64,000 bases of DNA, taken from positions 1 through 64,000 of the IMG/VR virus record IMGVR_UViG_3300021425_004462; one strand, written 5' to 3'. Position numbers and translations under genes: made by a program. Positions 63,220-64,000 of the stretch are shown here, in pieces. Positions within the stretch are counted from its first letter, which is position 1. Every line of letters begins with the position of its first letter. Under the pieces are notes generated by a model that had not been told where the DNA came from, ran no database searches, and worked only from the letters and a program-made list of their open reading frames with translations. The DNA comes from a virus.

Positions 63220-64000
63220 TTAATCTTCAGAAATAACAAAAGAAGCTGGATTTAATGTTGATGTATTTGCGGATCTATTTAGTTTATCTAAATTAAAAAT
63301 AAAACTTCCGTCTGAATCCGTAAGTCCGCTTGAATTGCATATTGTAAATTTATTATTCACATCGTAAGAATTATCTAATTGTATTCCATCAGAATAAGAT
63401 TGATAGGTATATATTGTTCCTCCATTTGGAGCTGTACCGCCTTCAGAAACATTTTCAAAAGTTACGTTACTAGTGTTTGAAACAGTAGTTCCTATGTTAG
63501 CAAGGCCTGCCCCTAAGCTATTTGGGGAAGCATTGACTGTTCTGGATGAGAATCCTGCAAGGGTATAATTTGGATTAGTTAAAATTGAATTTGTTGTAAT
63601 TCCCGCTAAATTAGTTGCAGTTACACTCCATGAAAAAGTTCCTTTTGTATCAGAGTCTGAAACTGTAATTGTATAAGAATTGCTTGTTTTTCCTGTTCCA
63701 GAACTATTTATAGTAAGAGTAGATTGGTTGCTTTGGGACGAATCTAGAGTTAAAGTTGGAGTGTTTAGCATTAACTGTGAACTTTCAAGATCGAAATTGT
63801 CTGATATTCCTGACGGTGAGCTTGATAGTTTTAAAGACAAATTGTTTATTGATAAAGTTAGTGGTGCGTTCGCTATATTTACTACATCTTGGAGTTGGAT
63901 AGTTATACCATTTGATGTTTTTGTTCCTGATAGGGTGAAATTGTCAATAGATATATTATATGAACCACCTAGTCTAGAAACCTCTTTTTTAACTAAAGCG
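63220..64000 (-). CDS. Ser/Thr/Asn-rich putative virion protein, 5'-truncated by the window edge
   Basis: Frame stays open from 63999 into the listed 63220..63840 ORF; Ig-like beta composition. Confidence 0.6.
   Translation of the reverse strand, partial: ALVKKEVSRLGGSYNISIDNFTLSGTKTSNGITIQLQDVVNIANAPLTLSINNLSLKLSSSPSGISDNFDLESSQLMLNTPTLTLDSSQSNQSTLTINSSGTGKTSNSYTITVSDSDTKGTFSWSVTATNLAGITTNSILTNPNYTLAGFSSRTVNASPNSLGAGLANIGTTVSNTSNVTFENVSEGGTAPNGGTIYTYQSYSDGIQLDNSYDVNNKFTICNSSGLTDSDGSFIFNLDKLNRSANTSTLNPASFVISED

Noticed and set aside
1-64000. Cellular chromosome, prophage or giant eukaryotic virus; alternative genetic code
   Set aside because: Terminase, portal and capsid genes are interleaved with the host-like genes under shared motifs; no integrase, ribosomal or NCLDV core genes seen; TAA, TAG and TGA all end genes and coding density is high under code 11

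Overview
AT-rich, gene-dense 64 kb segment of a large tailed dsDNA bacteriophage (standard genetic code, both ends cut inside ORFs). It holds the head module (terminase large subunit, prohead protease/scaffold, decoration protein, major capsid, plus a distant portal), fibre/virion proteins, and a bacterial-style replication set (three-gene PHP/DnaQ/DnaE polymerase, DnaB, primase, RecA, PD-(D/E)XK, ERCC4 and HNH nucleases, NrdAB). It also encodes a sigma factor and chaperones (ClpC, Hsp20, J-domain). Host-type cargo points to a PVC host, most likely Verrucomicrobiota/Opitutia: a DUF1549/DUF1553 heme protein, a Tat-exported DUF1501 protein, a type III polyketide synthase, an outer-membrane beta-barrel, Trp-rich C-terminal domains and a Chlamydia-like tyrosyl-radical-less (class Ic-type) NrdB. 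GDP-fucose synthesis genes and a cluster of multi-domain glycosyltransferases are also present. The intergenic DNA shows two promoter classes. TTGAC-N16/17-TAnnnT-type promoters precede replication genes. A GTGTA motif occurs at 21 intergenic sites, 17 of them 9-12 nt before a start codon, ahead of structural genes and the DUF1553/DUF1501/PKS cassette. Both classes are placed to give mostly leaderless mRNAs. No rRNA, tRNA, CRISPR array, integrase or reverse transcriptase was seen. All family calls come from motif recognition by eye, not database searches.
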